DNA of 64,000 nt from an uncultured Chloroflexia bacterium. GTDB taxonomy: Bacteria; Chloroflexota; Limnocylindria; QHBO01. The translations under genes and the position numbers were made by a program. The stretch lies in the NCBI GenBank assembly GCA_963825525.1, contig CAWGTN010000002.1:1120001-1184000 (forward strand), written 5' to 3'. Numbering within the stretch: the first letter of the stretch is position 1; each line of letters begins with the position of its first letter. The notes under the pieces were generated by a model. That model made no database searches. It saw nothing but the letters and a program-made list of their open reading frames with translations, and was not told where the DNA came from. Shown one piece after another: positions 29,506 to 42,156 of this stretch.

Positions 29506-30368
29506 GGGAGGTCCTCGTCGCGTCCGACGCGCTCGAGGCCGTGCTTCTGCCCGAAGTCGGCGCGCGGCTGCATCGGCTGCGCGCCTTCGGCGTCGACCTC
29601 CTGCGGACGCCGCCCGACCCCGCGACCCACGCGGACGATCCGTTCTTCTGGGGCTGCTACGTCCTGGCGCCGTGGGGCAACCGTCTCGATCCCGGCCCGA
29701 CCGTCGTCGCTGGCGGGACGGTTGACCTGGAGCCGAACTTCGACGACGGCTCCGCCATCCACGGCCAGGTGTACGCCCGCCCCTGGGAGGTCGTGGGCGA
29801 TGGCCGCCTGCGGGTTGCCGGTGGAGGTGACGGCTGGCCGTGGCCGTACGAGGTCACGCTCGACGTGACCGCGGTTGATCTGACGCTCACGCTGCACCTC
29901 GAGCTCCGAAACCTCGGCGACTCGCCGATGCCGGCGGGGCTCGGCCTCCACCCCTGGTTCCGACGGCCGGTGCGCGTCGCGGTGCACGCCGCCTCGGTCT
30001 TCCCCTCGAACGCGGAACCAGAGCCGGTTCCCGAGGCCGTCGAGGGTGCGCTCGATCTGCGCGAGCTGGGCACGATGGCCGACGACCTGGACGCAACATG
30101 GGCCGAACTCGCTGATCCGCCGGTCGACCTCGCCTGGCCCGAGGACGGCATCACCGCGCGGCTCGAGTTCGACGCGCCGGCGCGCTACGTCACGGCTGCC
30201 AGCCCGTCCGGCCTCGGGGCCATCGCGGTCGAGCCACAGACTCACGTGCCGCAGGGGCTGCGCCGGCTGCGTGACGGACAGAGCGGCGGCCTCGCGCTGC
30301 TCGCCCCCGGCGAGACGCTTCCACTCTCGGTCCGACTCACGCTCGGCCAGGTGACTGTCGACACCTGA
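29502..30368 (+). CDS. Aldose 1-epimerase (galactose mutarotase-like) family protein
   Basis: LAPWGNRL, AIHGQ, PAGLGLHPWF, IAVEPQT. GTG start overlaps the upstream stop. Confidence 0.85.
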   Translation: MREVLVASDALEAVLLPEVGARLHRLRAFGVDLLRTPPDPATHADDPFFWGCYVLAPWGNRLDPGPTVVAGGTVDLEPNFDDGSAIHGQVYARPWEVVGDGRLRVAGGGDGWPWPYEVTLDVTAVDLTLTLHLELRNLGDSPMPAGLGLHPWFRRPVRVAVHAASVFPSNAEPEPVPEAVEGALDLRELGTMADDLDATWAELADPPVDLAWPEDGITARLEFDAPARYVTAASPSGLGAIAVEPQTHVPQGLRRLRDGQSGGLALLAPGETLPLSVRLTLGQVTVDT

Positions 30369-30376
30369 AGCGTGAT

Positions 30377-30427
30377 GCCCCGACCCCCGGCAAGATGCGC
30401 TCGCACGAGTCTTGCGGGGGATGGGGC
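30377..30427 (+). terminator. Imperfect hairpin after the aldose epimerase gene (possible terminator)
   Basis: GCCCC..CCCCC.GCAAGA ... TCTTGC GGGGG..GGGGC inverted repeat; no U-tract. Confidence 0.45.
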
Positions 30428-30441
30428 GTATGGTTACTGAC

Positions 30442-32634
<2,193 letters not shown>

Positions 32635-32640
32635 TCGCCG

Positions 32641-34443
32641 CTACGGACGGCGCAGCGCCTCGGTCGCGGCCTCGATGCCGGGATGATCTGGCAGGTCCTC
32701 GATCGGCACCGGCAGGGCCAGCGACCAATTCGGTCGTTGCGCGCCGACCGTTCCCGGCAGGTTCGGGCGCTCCGGCACGTCGAGGGCGTCCTCCAGCGTC
32801 GCGGCCACCAGGGCAGATGGAGACGCCGCCAGCCGCCGATGCAGCGCCACGCTGATCTCGTTGGCGGTGGCCGTCGGACCGATGCTGGCGGCCGCGGCGA
32901 GGCGTGACCGCAGGTGGGCGGCGCCGTCCGGGTCGGGAACAATGGCGGCGGCGGCCTGGTCCCCCAGGTCGGCACCGCTCCACAGTCCAGCGACCGTCGG
33001 CAGGTCGTGCGTCGTCACGCCCGCGAACGACTGCCGAGGGTACGCCTCCGGTGGTTTCCGCTCGAACAGGACCAGCCGGGTGGAGAGAAGCCGATGACGC
33101 CGAAGACTGTCCCGAACTCCCGGCGGAACGGTGCCGAGGTCCTCGCCGATGACCACCGCCTCGGCGCGGTGGCTCTCGAGCGCCACGATCTCGAGCAGCT
33201 CTTCGGTCGGATAGCGGACGTAGGCGCCGTGGGCCGGACCCAGACCGGCCGGCACCCACCACAGGCGAAACAGTCCGAGCACGTGGTCGATGCGCAGCCC
33301 GCCCGCGTGGCGCAGCTGGGCGCGGATGGTGTCGATGAAGGGCCGATAGCCGGCTTGTCGCAGCCGATGCGGGATGAATGGCGGCAGCCCCCAATCCTGT
33401 CCGGCCTTGTTGAACCGATCAGGTGGCGCCCCGACCGTCATGTCCTGGGCCACCTGGTCCTGCCAGTCCCAGGCGTCGAACCCGCCGGGATCCACGCCGA
33501 CCGGCATATCGGCGATGCGCGGGAGATGGCTCGACGCGTCGGCAAGCTGGCGGTCGAATGCATATTGGATCCAGGCGTTGAAGGCGACGGCGTCGGCGGA
33601 GTCAGACGCAGCTCGGGCGACGGCGGACCCGTCGGGATCGCGAAATTCCTCCGGCCAGGCGTGCCAGCCGGGCCCGAAGCGCTCGCTCAGGACGCAGAAC
33701 ACCGCCCAGCGCTCGAGTGAGACCCCCCGCTCAGCGCGCCACGACTCGAAGGCCGGGCGATCGGGAATGCCGGCGCCCCAGATCCGCTCGAGCGCTTCCC
33801 GCTTGAGCTCGAGCACACGACCGCGGTCGACGAGCCGATCCTCGTCGAGCGCCATTCCCCGCGCCGCGAGATCGGCCACGTCAACGGTCCCCGCGAGCGG
33901 TCCGACATCGAGGTGCAGCGGGCTGCCGAAGCGTCGCGTGCTTGGGTAGTACGGACTCGGCTCCGGCCGCGGTCCCGGATTCGGCGCCCCGAGCGGGCTG
34001 ACCGCCACGAAGCCGGCCCCGGCAGCAGCCGACCAGCGCGATAGCGCGCCGAGGTCGCCCAGGTCACCGATGCCCCAGCTGCGACGCGATCGCGTCGTCG
34101 CCAGCTGGATCGCCCAGCCCCAGGCGCGCAGGCCGGTGGGCAGGTGACAACGACCCGGCCCGGTGATGAGGACCTGCGGCTGCCCACCGTCCGGCTCGAG
34201 CCGGTGATAGCCGAACGGTACGTCGCGCGGCAGGGCATCGATGCGGCCGAGCCCGGTCCCGTCCTCGAGGGTCACCGATCCGGGCGCCGGCAGCGCGGCG
34301 CCCGGGCGAGCGATGGCGACGCCCTGGCCATCGTCCCGGCCCTCCCGCATGGCGGCGACGACGGCCGCGCGGACCTCCGGTGCGATCGTGCGCTGCTGTC
34401 CCAGCGCGTCGGTGTAGGTGGGGTCGACCAGGTCGAGGCTCAT
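32641..34443 (-). CDS. malQ: 4-alpha-glucanotransferase (amylomaltase, GH77)
   Basis: WGIGDLGDL, SPYYPS, DMPVGVD, GQDWGLPP, LRIDHVLG, GEDLG, THDLPT, RPNLPGT. Confidence 0.92.
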   Translation of the reverse strand: MSLDLVDPTYTDALGQQRTIAPEVRAAVVAAMREGRDDGQGVAIARPGAALPAPGSVTLEDGTGLGRIDALPRDVPFGYHRLEPDGGQPQVLITGPGRCHLPTGLRAWGWAIQLATTRSRRSWGIGDLGDLGALSRWSAAAGAGFVAVSPLGAPNPGPRPEPSPYYPSTRRFGSPLHLDVGPLAGTVDVADLAARGMALDEDRLVDRGRVLELKREALERIWGAGIPDRPAFESWRAERGVSLERWAVFCVLSERFGPGWHAWPEEFRDPDGSAVARAASDSADAVAFNAWIQYAFDRQLADASSHLPRIADMPVGVDPGGFDAWDWQDQVAQDMTVGAPPDRFNKAGQDWGLPPFIPHRLRQAGYRPFIDTIRAQLRHAGGLRIDHVLGLFRLWWVPAGLGPAHGAYVRYPTEELLEIVALESHRAEAVVIGEDLGTVPPGVRDSLRRHRLLSTRLVLFERKPPEAYPRQSFAGVTTHDLPTVAGLWSGADLGDQAAAAIVPDPDGAAHLRSRLAAAASIGPTATANEISVALHRRLAASPSALVAATLEDALDVPERPNLPGTVGAQRPNWSLALPVPIEDLPDHPGIEAATEALRRP

Positions 34444-36167
34444 CGCGGCATCTCGGTGACGATCACGCCGTCGGGCGGAATCACGGCAGACCCGCCGACC
34501 GGCGCGAGCTCCTCGGGCCATCCCAGGCGCACCTCCCCGCCCACCTCGACCTCGACCGGAGACGGACCGAGGTTGGCGGCGACGGTGATGCCGCCGCGGA
34601 GTACGCGGATCCAGCCCGCGTCGGCGTCGTAGGCGACCTGCACCGCATCGCGATCGGCGTCGCGCAGTGAGGGCGACTGCCGGCGCAGCGCGAGCAGCTC
34701 GCGATACCAGCCGAGGATCGCGGCATGCGGCGCTCGATCGCGCTCGTCCCAGTCGAGCTTCGAAGCCTCGAAGGTGGCGGGGTCCTGCGGGTCGGGGACG
34801 CTCGCCACGTCCTCGACGAAGTCGCCGAACTCCTCGCGGCGCCCGCGGCGGACCGCGCGGGCCAGCTGCGGCGACGCATGCGACGTGAAGTAGCGGAATG
34901 GCGACGACGCGCCCCACTCCGCGCCGGCGAACAGGAGCGGCACGTACGGCATCACGAGCAGCAGCGCCGCGCCGATCCGAATGCGCCCGGGCGAGACGAG
35001 GTGGCCAAGCCGATCCCCGAGCGCTCGGTTGCCGACCTGGTCGTGGTTCTGGAGCGCGGCGACGAAGTGGTCGCCCGGAAGGTCCTCGGCCGGCCGGCCG
35101 TGGAGCCGGTCGCGCACCGCGGAGTAGTGGCCGGCGTACACGAAGGGATCGCTGATCGCGCGCGCCAGCGCATCGGCATCGGCGAAGTCGGCGTAGTAGC
35201 CGGTCTCCTCGTTGGTCAGCGCCACGTGGAGGGCGTGGTGGACGTCATCGGCCCAGACGGCATCCAGGCCGTAGCCGCCCTCGCTCACCGGCTTGACCAG
35301 GCGCGGGTCGTTGAGGTCTGACTCCGCGATCAATACAAGGCGACGGCCGACCTCAGCTCCCAGGGCGTGGGTCGAGGTGGCGAGCTCCTCGAGGATGTGG
35401 ACCGCCGACTGATCGAAGATGGCATGCACGGCATCCAGTCGCAGGCCGTCGATGTGGTAGTCGCGCATCCACATCGACGCGTTGTCGATGACGAACTGAC
35501 GGACCTCGTGGCTGCCCGCGTCGTCGAAGTTCACGGCGTCGCCCCATGGCGTCCCGTAGCGGGAGGTGAAGTACGGGCCGAACAGCGGAAGGTAGTTGCC
35601 CTCCGGGCCGAGATGGTTGTAGACGACGTCCATGAGCACCGCCAGACCGCGGGCGTGGGCCGCGTCGACCAGTCGCTTCAGGCCTTCCGGACCACCGTAT
35701 GCGTGATGCGGGGCGTAGAGATCGACCCCGTCGTAGCCCCAGCCGCGATCGCCGCTGAATTCGGCGACCGGCATGAGCTCGAGGTGGGTGATGCCCAGCT
35801 CCGCGAGATCGTCGAGCCGATCGATCGCCGATTCGAACGTCCCGTCCGGCGTGAAGGTGCCGACGTGCAGCTCGTAGAGCACCGCCTCGGCCAGCGGCTT
35901 GGCGTCGAACGCGGAATCGGTCCAGTCGAAGGCGGCGTGATCGACGGGTCGCGACAGGCCCAGCGCGCCGCTCGGCTGCCATCCCGAGCGCGGGTCCGGG
36001 TACGGGCCCTCGCCGTCCAGGACGTAGCCGTACTCGGTGCCGATCTCGATCTCACGCTCCGCGATCCACCACCCCGTCTCCTGGCGCTGCATCGGGATCC
36101 GATCGTCGCCGACCGCGACCTCGACGCGCTCCGGGATCGGGGCCCACACCTCGAGTCGAACGCTCAT
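34440..36167 (-). CDS. treZ: Malto-oligosyltrehalose trehalohydrolase
   Basis: VWAP, YELHVGTFT, WGYDGV, DVVYNHLGPEGNY, LRLDAVH, QNHDQVGNR. Confidence 0.95.
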   Translation of the reverse strand: MSVRLEVWAPIPERVEVAVGDDRIPMQRQETGWWIAEREIEIGTEYGYVLDGEGPYPDPRSGWQPSGALGLSRPVDHAAFDWTDSAFDAKPLAEAVLYELHVGTFTPDGTFESAIDRLDDLAELGITHLELMPVAEFSGDRGWGYDGVDLYAPHHAYGGPEGLKRLVDAAHARGLAVLMDVVYNHLGPEGNYLPLFGPYFTSRYGTPWGDAVNFDDAGSHEVRQFVIDNASMWMRDYHIDGLRLDAVHAIFDQSAVHILEELATSTHALGAEVGRRLVLIAESDLNDPRLVKPVSEGGYGLDAVWADDVHHALHVALTNEETGYYADFADADALARAISDPFVYAGHYSAVRDRLHGRPAEDLPGDHFVAALQNHDQVGNRALGDRLGHLVSPGRIRIGAALLLVMPYVPLLFAGAEWGASSPFRYFTSHASPQLARAVRRGRREEFGDFVEDVASVPDPQDPATFEASKLDWDERDRAPHAAILGWYRELLALRRQSPSLRDADRDAVQVAYDADAGWIRVLRGGITVAANLGPSPVEVEVGGEVRLGWPEELAPVGGSAVIPPDGVIVTEMPR

Positions 36168-38626
36168 CGAGCCCTCTCGAGGACGGCGACCGGAAATGCC
36201 TCGAACAGGTCGCCGAGGGTCGTCGGGCCGCGCAGCGTCGCCCCGTCGAGCGCCGTCCACTCCCCGGCCGGCAGCCTCAGCTCGACGTCGGGCGACGTTG
36301 TGACGGGAACCAGCGGGACGGCAACCACGACGGCACCGCCACGGACGTAGGCAATGGTGCCGTCGGCTCGGATCGGCTCGTAGGATGCGCCCGGGGCAAA
36401 CGCATCCGGACGCCGCGCCCGCAGCTCGAGGAGACGCCGATGCAGCCACAGCTTCGGCATGCCCCCGTCGCGACGCTCCCAGGCGGCGGACGGACCGAGG
36501 TCACCTGCCTCGTCCAGCAGCCGTCGCCGGACGTCGTAGTCGACCGGGCGGCGGTTGTCGGGGTCGACCAGCGCGAGATCCCAGAGCTCGCCGCCCTGGT
36601 AGATGTCGGGAACGCCCGGAGCGGTGAGGTGCAGGGTCACCTGGGCCAGGGCCGCGCGCCATCCTGCCTCGGCAAGGTCCGCCACGAAGGCCTCGAGCAC
36701 CCCCACGACCGACGCATCGGCCAGGCTCTCGCGGACGAATCGGACGACCGCGGCATCGTAGGCGGCATCGGGGGCCGTCCAGCTGGTCCGCAGCTTGGCC
36801 TCATGCGTGGCCTTGGCCATGTAGGCGGCCGCACGATCGGCATCGATCGGCCAGGCGCCGACCAGCACCTGGAGCAGCAGGTACGCATCGGCGTCGGTGG
36901 GTCGCTCCGAATCGGTTCGGTACGCGGCGCTGAGCTCGATCCAACGCTCGACGAGCACGCGCCACCCGGCGGGATCCGCGGTGACGATGGCAAGCCGCGC
37001 CCGGACGTCCGCGCTGCGCTTGGTGTCGTGGGTCGAGAGGACGAGACCGGCGGCCGGCCAGGTGCGCGCGGCCTCCTGCATCGCCCCGTGGAAGTCACCG
37101 GCGCTGACGCCGAATCGGCCGGGATCACCACCGACCTCGTTGAGCGCCACGAGCCGATGGTGCCGATAGAACGAGGTGTCCTCCACTCCCTTGGCCATCG
37201 CCGGCGGGGTCAGCTGCTGGAAGCGCATCGCCAGCTCGTGTGCCAGCGGTCCGTCGAGCTCGAGCCTCAGGACGCGACCGAGCAGCTCGAACAGCTCGGG
37301 GTCGAGGTCGGGACGGCCGGCCGCAGCGCGCTCGACCATTTTGCTGATCAGGGCCGCGTCTCCCGGCGCGACAAAGCCATCGGCGGCGCGGACGTAGGTC
37401 CGGTACACCGGCAAGGCCGCAGCGGTGGCGCGGAGCGCATGGTGCAGCTCGTGGCGCGTGAAGTCGCGGTAGCGGCGGTGCGCCTCGCAGACCGCCAGGA
37501 ACAGGTCCGTCAGGCGATTCACGTCGCTTCCGAGGACGGTCGAGAGCACCTCGGCACGGGCGCCGGCAACCACGGTCTCCCACTCCGGACCGGCATCGGC
37601 GAGGCTGGTCCAGAGCTCGGTCATCGTGGCCTCGGCGGCGGGCGCGACCTGGAGGCCGGTCGCCAGGTTGGCGAAGCCGTAGCCGGTGGTGCCGTCGACC
37701 GGCCAGTCGGGCGGGAGCGCCTCGTCGAGCTCGAGGATCTTCTCGGCCACGATCCATGCGTCCGGCGCCGCGGCACGCAGCCGCGTGAAATAGCCCGCCG
37801 GGTCACGCAGCCCATCGGGATGATCGATGCGCAGGCCGTCGACGCGTCCCTCGGCCACCCAGCGCAGCGGCAGCGCGTGGGTCTCGGCGAACACCCGCTC
37901 GTCCTCCACGCGCAGGCCGACCAGGTCGTCGATGTCGAAGAAGCGCCGATATCCAAGGTCCCGTGAGGCGGCCCGCCAATGCGCCAGGCGGTAGTGCTGG
38001 CGGTTCAGGAGGGCATCGAGCGCGTCGACATCGGCATTGAGCGCCTCGACCGATGCCACGAGCGATGCACCGCCCACGGCATCCACCGAGGCTGGATCGA
38101 GCGGGAACGACCGTTCCGCTGCCAGCACGATCGGCCGGTCGTCCCGGACGGCCAGCCGGATGCCGCCGGCCTCGAGGACCCGCCCGTAGTGGTCGGCGAG
38201 GACCGGGAGGAGGATCACGTCGCGCAGGCGGCTCTCGGGCGGGTCCCACTCGATGTCGAAGAACGGGGCGAACTCGCTGGCGCGGCCGTGGGTGAGCACG
38301 TCCCACCACCATCGATTGCCCTCCCCGATGGCCATATGGTTCGGCACGATGTCGAGCACGGTTCCCATGCCGTGGTCACGCACGGCGTCGGTGAGACGCA
38401 GCCAGGCCTCCTCTCCGCCGAGCTCGGCGCTGACCCGTCCGTGGTCCACCACGTCGTAGCCATGCGTCGAGCCCGCCGCGGCCTGGAGAACCGGGGAGCA
38501 GAACAGGTGGCTGATCCCGAGGTCGCGCAGGTACGGCACGATCGCGCGCGCGTCGTCAAAGGTGAAGCCTGCATGGAGCTGGACGCGATAGGTCGCGCGC
38601 GGAACGGAGCGTCTCGCGGCGCTCAT
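36164..38626 (-). CDS. treY: Malto-oligosyltrehalose synthase
   Basis: PRATYRVQL, STHGYDVVD, DIVPNHM, YRRFFDI, GLRIDHPDGL, AKGVEDT, STHDTKRS, LVDPDNRRPVD. Confidence 0.95.
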   Translation of the reverse strand: MSAARRSVPRATYRVQLHAGFTFDDARAIVPYLRDLGISHLFCSPVLQAAAGSTHGYDVVDHGRVSAELGGEEAWLRLTDAVRDHGMGTVLDIVPNHMAIGEGNRWWWDVLTHGRASEFAPFFDIEWDPPESRLRDVILLPVLADHYGRVLEAGGIRLAVRDDRPIVLAAERSFPLDPASVDAVGGASLVASVEALNADVDALDALLNRQHYRLAHWRAASRDLGYRRFFDIDDLVGLRVEDERVFAETHALPLRWVAEGRVDGLRIDHPDGLRDPAGYFTRLRAAAPDAWIVAEKILELDEALPPDWPVDGTTGYGFANLATGLQVAPAAEATMTELWTSLADAGPEWETVVAGARAEVLSTVLGSDVNRLTDLFLAVCEAHRRYRDFTRHELHHALRATAAALPVYRTYVRAADGFVAPGDAALISKMVERAAAGRPDLDPELFELLGRVLRLELDGPLAHELAMRFQQLTPPAMAKGVEDTSFYRHHRLVALNEVGGDPGRFGVSAGDFHGAMQEAARTWPAAGLVLSTHDTKRSADVRARLAIVTADPAGWRVLVERWIELSAAYRTDSERPTDADAYLLLQVLVGAWPIDADRAAAYMAKATHEAKLRTSWTAPDAAYDAAVVRFVRESLADASVVGVLEAFVADLAEAGWRAALAQVTLHLTAPGVPDIYQGGELWDLALVDPDNRRPVDYDVRRRLLDEAGDLGPSAAWERRDGGMPKLWLHRRLLELRARRPDAFAPGASYEPIRADGTIAYVRGGAVVVAVPLVPVTTSPDVELRLPAGEWTALDGATLRGPTTLGDLFEAFPVAVLERAR

Positions 38627-38660
38627 CGGCCCGCACCCCACCGCGGAGTGCACGGACCGA

Positions 38661-40799
38661 TCATCCCGCGCTCGTGCGCCGGACGCGGGGGAGGCGCCGC
38701 AGGCAGACGACCGAGCGCTCCGCCACGCGGTACACGGCACCCTCCTCGAACTCGCCGTGGGCGCCGCCGAAGGTCGGGTGCACGGTGTCGAACACCACTT
38801 CCCATCGCTTGGCCGTCTCATGGTTCGGGAGTTCGAAGGCGACCGGCTTGTCGTCGGCGTTGAGGATGATGAGCAGGGTGTCGTCGGTGACCCGCTCGCC
38901 GCGCGGACCACGCTCCTCGATGGCGTCGCCGGCGAACTGAACGCCAAGCGTCTTCACGCCGGGCGCCTGCCACTCGTCGTCGTTCATCTCGACACCGTTC
39001 GGCGCGTACCACGTCAGGTCCTTCACTCGTGAACCACGAATCTGGCGGCCCTGGAAGAATCGGCGGCGGCGCAGCACCGGGTGGAGGCTGAAGAGGCGAA
39101 TCAGTGACCGCGTGAAGGCGAGGAGCTGCCGATCCCGACGCTTGAGGTCCCAGTCGAACCAGCTGATCTCGTTGTCCTGGGCGTACCCGTTGTTGCTGCC
39201 GCGCTGGGTCCGCCCGATCTCGTCGCCGCCGAGCAGCATCGGCACGCCCTGGCTCAGCAGCAGCGTGGCGAGATAGTTGCGCTTCTGACGCTCCCGGATC
39301 TCGATGATCCCCTCGTCATCGGTCTCGCCCTCGACGCCGAAGTTCATCGATTCGTTGTTGTTGTCGCCGTCGTTGTTGTCCTCGCCGTTCGCCTCGTTGT
39401 GCTTGGACTCGTAACTGACGAGATCGTTGAGGGTGAAGCCGTCATGCGCGGTGACGAAGTTGATGCTGGCATGTGGCTGGCGGCCGGAGCTGGCGTACAG
39501 GTCCGACGATCCGCTGAGTCGATACGCGAGCTCCGCTGTCTGGCCGCCGATGCCCTTCCAGAAGCGGCGCACGCTGTCGCGGTACTTGCCGTTCCATTCG
39601 GCCCATCCCACGGGGAAGTTCCCTACCTGGTAGCCGCCCGGGCCGACATCCCACGGCTCGGCGATGAGCTTGACCTGGCTGATGACCGGGTCCTGGTGAA
39701 TGATGTCGAAAAAGCTGCCGAGCTTGTCGACGTCGTACATCTCGCGGGCGAGAGCCGATGCCAGGTCGAAGCGGAAACCATCGACGTGCATCTCGATGAC
39801 CCAGTAGCGCAGCGAGTCCATGATCAGCTGGAGCACCTTCGGGCTCGTGGCGTCGAGGGTGTTGCCGGTCCCGGTGTAGTCAACGTAGTAGCGCTGGTCC
39901 TCGGGGCTCAGCCGGTAGTAGGCAACGTTATCGACGCCCCGGAAGCTGATCGTGGGACCCTGGTGGTTGCCCTCACCGGTGTGGTTGTAGACCACGTCGA
40001 GGATGACCTCGATCCCGGCGTCGTGGAGCCGCTTGACCATCGACTTGAACTCGCTCACCGGTTCGCCGGTGGCGCTGTAGCGCACGTCCGGCGCGAAGAA
40101 GCCGATGGTGTTGTAGCCCCAGTAGTTATTCAGGCCACGCTCGACGAGGTGGCGGTCGTTCACGTACTGGTGGACCGGTAGCAGCTCGACGGCAGTGACT
40201 CCGAGGCCAGTGAAATAATCTATGGCCGGCCCCGAGGCAAGGCCGGCGTACGTGCCCTGCAGCTCCTCGGGCACGTCCGGATGGAGCTTCGTGAAGCCCT
40301 TGACGTGGACCTCGTAGATCAAGGTACGGTCGAAGGGCGTGCGCGGCGGGAGGTCGCCGCCCCACACGAACGCGGGGTTGACCACGACGCTCTTCGGCAC
40401 GAAGGCGGCGCTGTCGCGGTCATCAGGCTCGAGGTCCTCCGCCTCGGACCCGATCTGGTAACCGAAGAGAGAGTCGTCCCAGCTGATCGTGCCGTCGATG
40501 CGCTTGGCGTACGGATCGATCAACAGCTTTGCGGGGTTGAAACGGTGACCGTCCTGCGGGGCGTACGGACCGTGGACGCGGTACCCATAGCGTTGGCCGG
40601 GGCGCACGTCGGGCAGGTAACAGTGCCAGACGAGATTCGTCTGCTCGGTGAGACGGACGCGCTGCTCGGTGCCCTCGCCATCGAACAGGCACAGGTCCAC
40701 GGCCTCCGCGTTCTCGCTGAAGATTGCGAAATTGACGCCCGACCCATCCCACGTCGCCCCGAGCGGGTACGGGGTGCCGCGCCAGACCCTCAACGCCAT
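38661..40799 (-). CDS. glgX: Glycogen debranching enzyme (isoamylase GlgX/TreX)
   Basis: [61 protein letters not shown]. Confidence 0.96.
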   Translation of the reverse strand: MALRVWRGTPYPLGATWDGSGVNFAIFSENAEAVDLCLFDGEGTEQRVRLTEQTNLVWHCYLPDVRPGQRYGYRVHGPYAPQDGHRFNPAKLLIDPYAKRIDGTISWDDSLFGYQIGSEAEDLEPDDRDSAAFVPKSVVVNPAFVWGGDLPPRTPFDRTLIYEVHVKGFTKLHPDVPEELQGTYAGLASGPAIDYFTGLGVTAVELLPVHQYVNDRHLVERGLNNYWGYNTIGFFAPDVRYSATGEPVSEFKSMVKRLHDAGIEVILDVVYNHTGEGNHQGPTISFRGVDNVAYYRLSPEDQRYYVDYTGTGNTLDATSPKVLQLIMDSLRYWVIEMHVDGFRFDLASALAREMYDVDKLGSFFDIIHQDPVISQVKLIAEPWDVGPGGYQVGNFPVGWAEWNGKYRDSVRRFWKGIGGQTAELAYRLSGSSDLYASSGRQPHASINFVTAHDGFTLNDLVSYESKHNEANGEDNNDGDNNNESMNFGVEGETDDEGIIEIRERQKRNYLATLLLSQGVPMLLGGDEIGRTQRGSNNGYAQDNEISWFDWDLKRRDRQLLAFTRSLIRLFSLHPVLRRRRFFQGRQIRGSRVKDLTWYAPNGVEMNDDEWQAPGVKTLGVQFAGDAIEERGPRGERVTDDTLLIILNADDKPVAFELPNHETAKRWEVVFDTVHPTFGGAHGEFEEGAVYRVAERSVVCLRRLPRVRRTSAG

Positions 40800-40881
40800 C
40801 GGGGCGAGGGGCGCGCAGCGGCGAAGGGGCGGACGAGGATCATGAAGTGGTCAGCATAGCGGTGATGGCTCGTCGCACGGA

Positions 40882-42156
40882 TCATGCCACCAGCCGCTCG
40901 ACCGCGGCCAGGGGCAGCCACAGCCAGTCAGGGCGATTGTTCGCCTCGTAGCGGACCTCGTAACAGGCCTTCTCGAGCTCGAATGCCTGGAGCAGGCCCG
41001 ACTGTTCCGGACCGATCGACCCGTAGGCGTCGAGAAACGCGGCGCGGGCCATCGCCAGCCACCGGTCACCATCGAATGCCGGATGCTCCCGCTGCGTGGT
41101 GCGCGCCGCGTAGTCCAGGCTGCGCAGCAGACCCGCAACGTCGCGCAGCGGCGAGGCGGCAGCCCGTCGCTCGGCCATCGGGCGTGCTGGCTCGCCCTCG
41201 AAATCGATGACGCTGAACCCGCCATCGGGCCGTGCCAGCAGCTGTCCGAGGTGGTAGTCACCATGGACGCGAGACACCGGTGCGTCGCCGGTGGCGGCCC
41301 CGAAGGTGTCGGCGAAGCGCGCGGTGATCGCCGGCGCCATGGCGACCAGCTGCGCGTGAGGAGCGCCACTGACCGCAGTCACGGCCTGTGCCAGCTGTTG
41401 TTCGGCCGATGCTCGCCATCTCGCCGTCTCCTCCACCGTCGCGGCACGGGCGGGGAAGGCCGGGTCGTCAGCGGCCGATGCGAGCGCCCGGTGCAATCGC
41501 GCCGTTGTGTCGCCCACCTCCCGGGCCATCTCGATGCCGCGGTTGGGCTCGCCGGCGAGGGCCCTGAGCATCGCGCCCCACGCGTCGCCGTGGGAGGGCA
41601 CGAATGCCTGGAGCATCGCGGCGGCGGCAGGTTCGCCGTCGTCGGGCTGATAGATCAGTCCGCCCGCGACCGGCGGCGTATCGGCGAATCCGGCCCGGGT
41701 CAGGAATGCGCTGACCTCGAGGTCCGGGTTGTCTCCGGCCTCGAGCAGCCGATACAGCTTGAGGATCAGCCGATCGCCCAGGACAACGGACGTATTCGAC
41801 TGCTCAACCGTGAGCCGGCGCTCGGCCAGCGCGGGAAGGGCCGTGACGGCCGAGGGCACGATCTCGTCGAGGGCCGGCGTGCGCCAGCCCGAGAAACGGC
41901 CGTGACGACCACGCGCCTCGGCGTCCCCGACCATGAGCCGCGCGATCGCGTGCCAGGCGCCATCGCCGTCAGACGGCTCGCGGCCACCGACAGTCGGCAC
42001 CAGGTACCGGTCCGACGAGCCGCCGTCGACGTAGGCGACATCCAGGACCCGCAACTCCGCGCCATCCAGGGATGCCATGTCCACCTCGCTCACCGCCGCG
42101 ATCGGACGCTGCTTGGCGCGGAACCAGCGCTGTCGGACGAGGTCTTCGGGGTTCAT
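40882..42156 (-). CDS. mak: Maltokinase (Mak/Pep2 family)
   Basis: RQRWF N-cap, EQSNTS, RVHGDYHLGQ, IDFEGEP, PLRDVAGLLRS, EKACYEVRYE. Confidence 0.88.
   Translation of the reverse strand: MNPEDLVRQRWFRAKQRPIAAVSEVDMASLDGAELRVLDVAYVDGGSSDRYLVPTVGGREPSDGDGAWHAIARLMVGDAEARGRHGRFSGWRTPALDEIVPSAVTALPALAERRLTVEQSNTSVVLGDRLILKLYRLLEAGDNPDLEVSAFLTRAGFADTPPVAGGLIYQPDDGEPAAAAMLQAFVPSHGDAWGAMLRALAGEPNRGIEMAREVGDTTARLHRALASAADDPAFPARAATVEETARWRASAEQQLAQAVTAVSGAPHAQLVAMAPAITARFADTFGAATGDAPVSRVHGDYHLGQLLARPDGGFSVIDFEGEPARPMAERRAAASPLRDVAGLLRSLDYAARTTQREHPAFDGDRWLAMARAAFLDAYGSIGPEQSGLLQAFELEKACYEVRYEANNRPDWLWLPLAAVERLVA

Noticed and set aside
27084-30368. 1094-aa ORF suggesting an M24-aldose epimerase fusion
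   Set aside because: The first third is an off-frame shadow of CRTAC1. The M24 part shifts frame at about 29115 and its real C-terminus ends at 29505. The epimerase has its own GTG at 29502.
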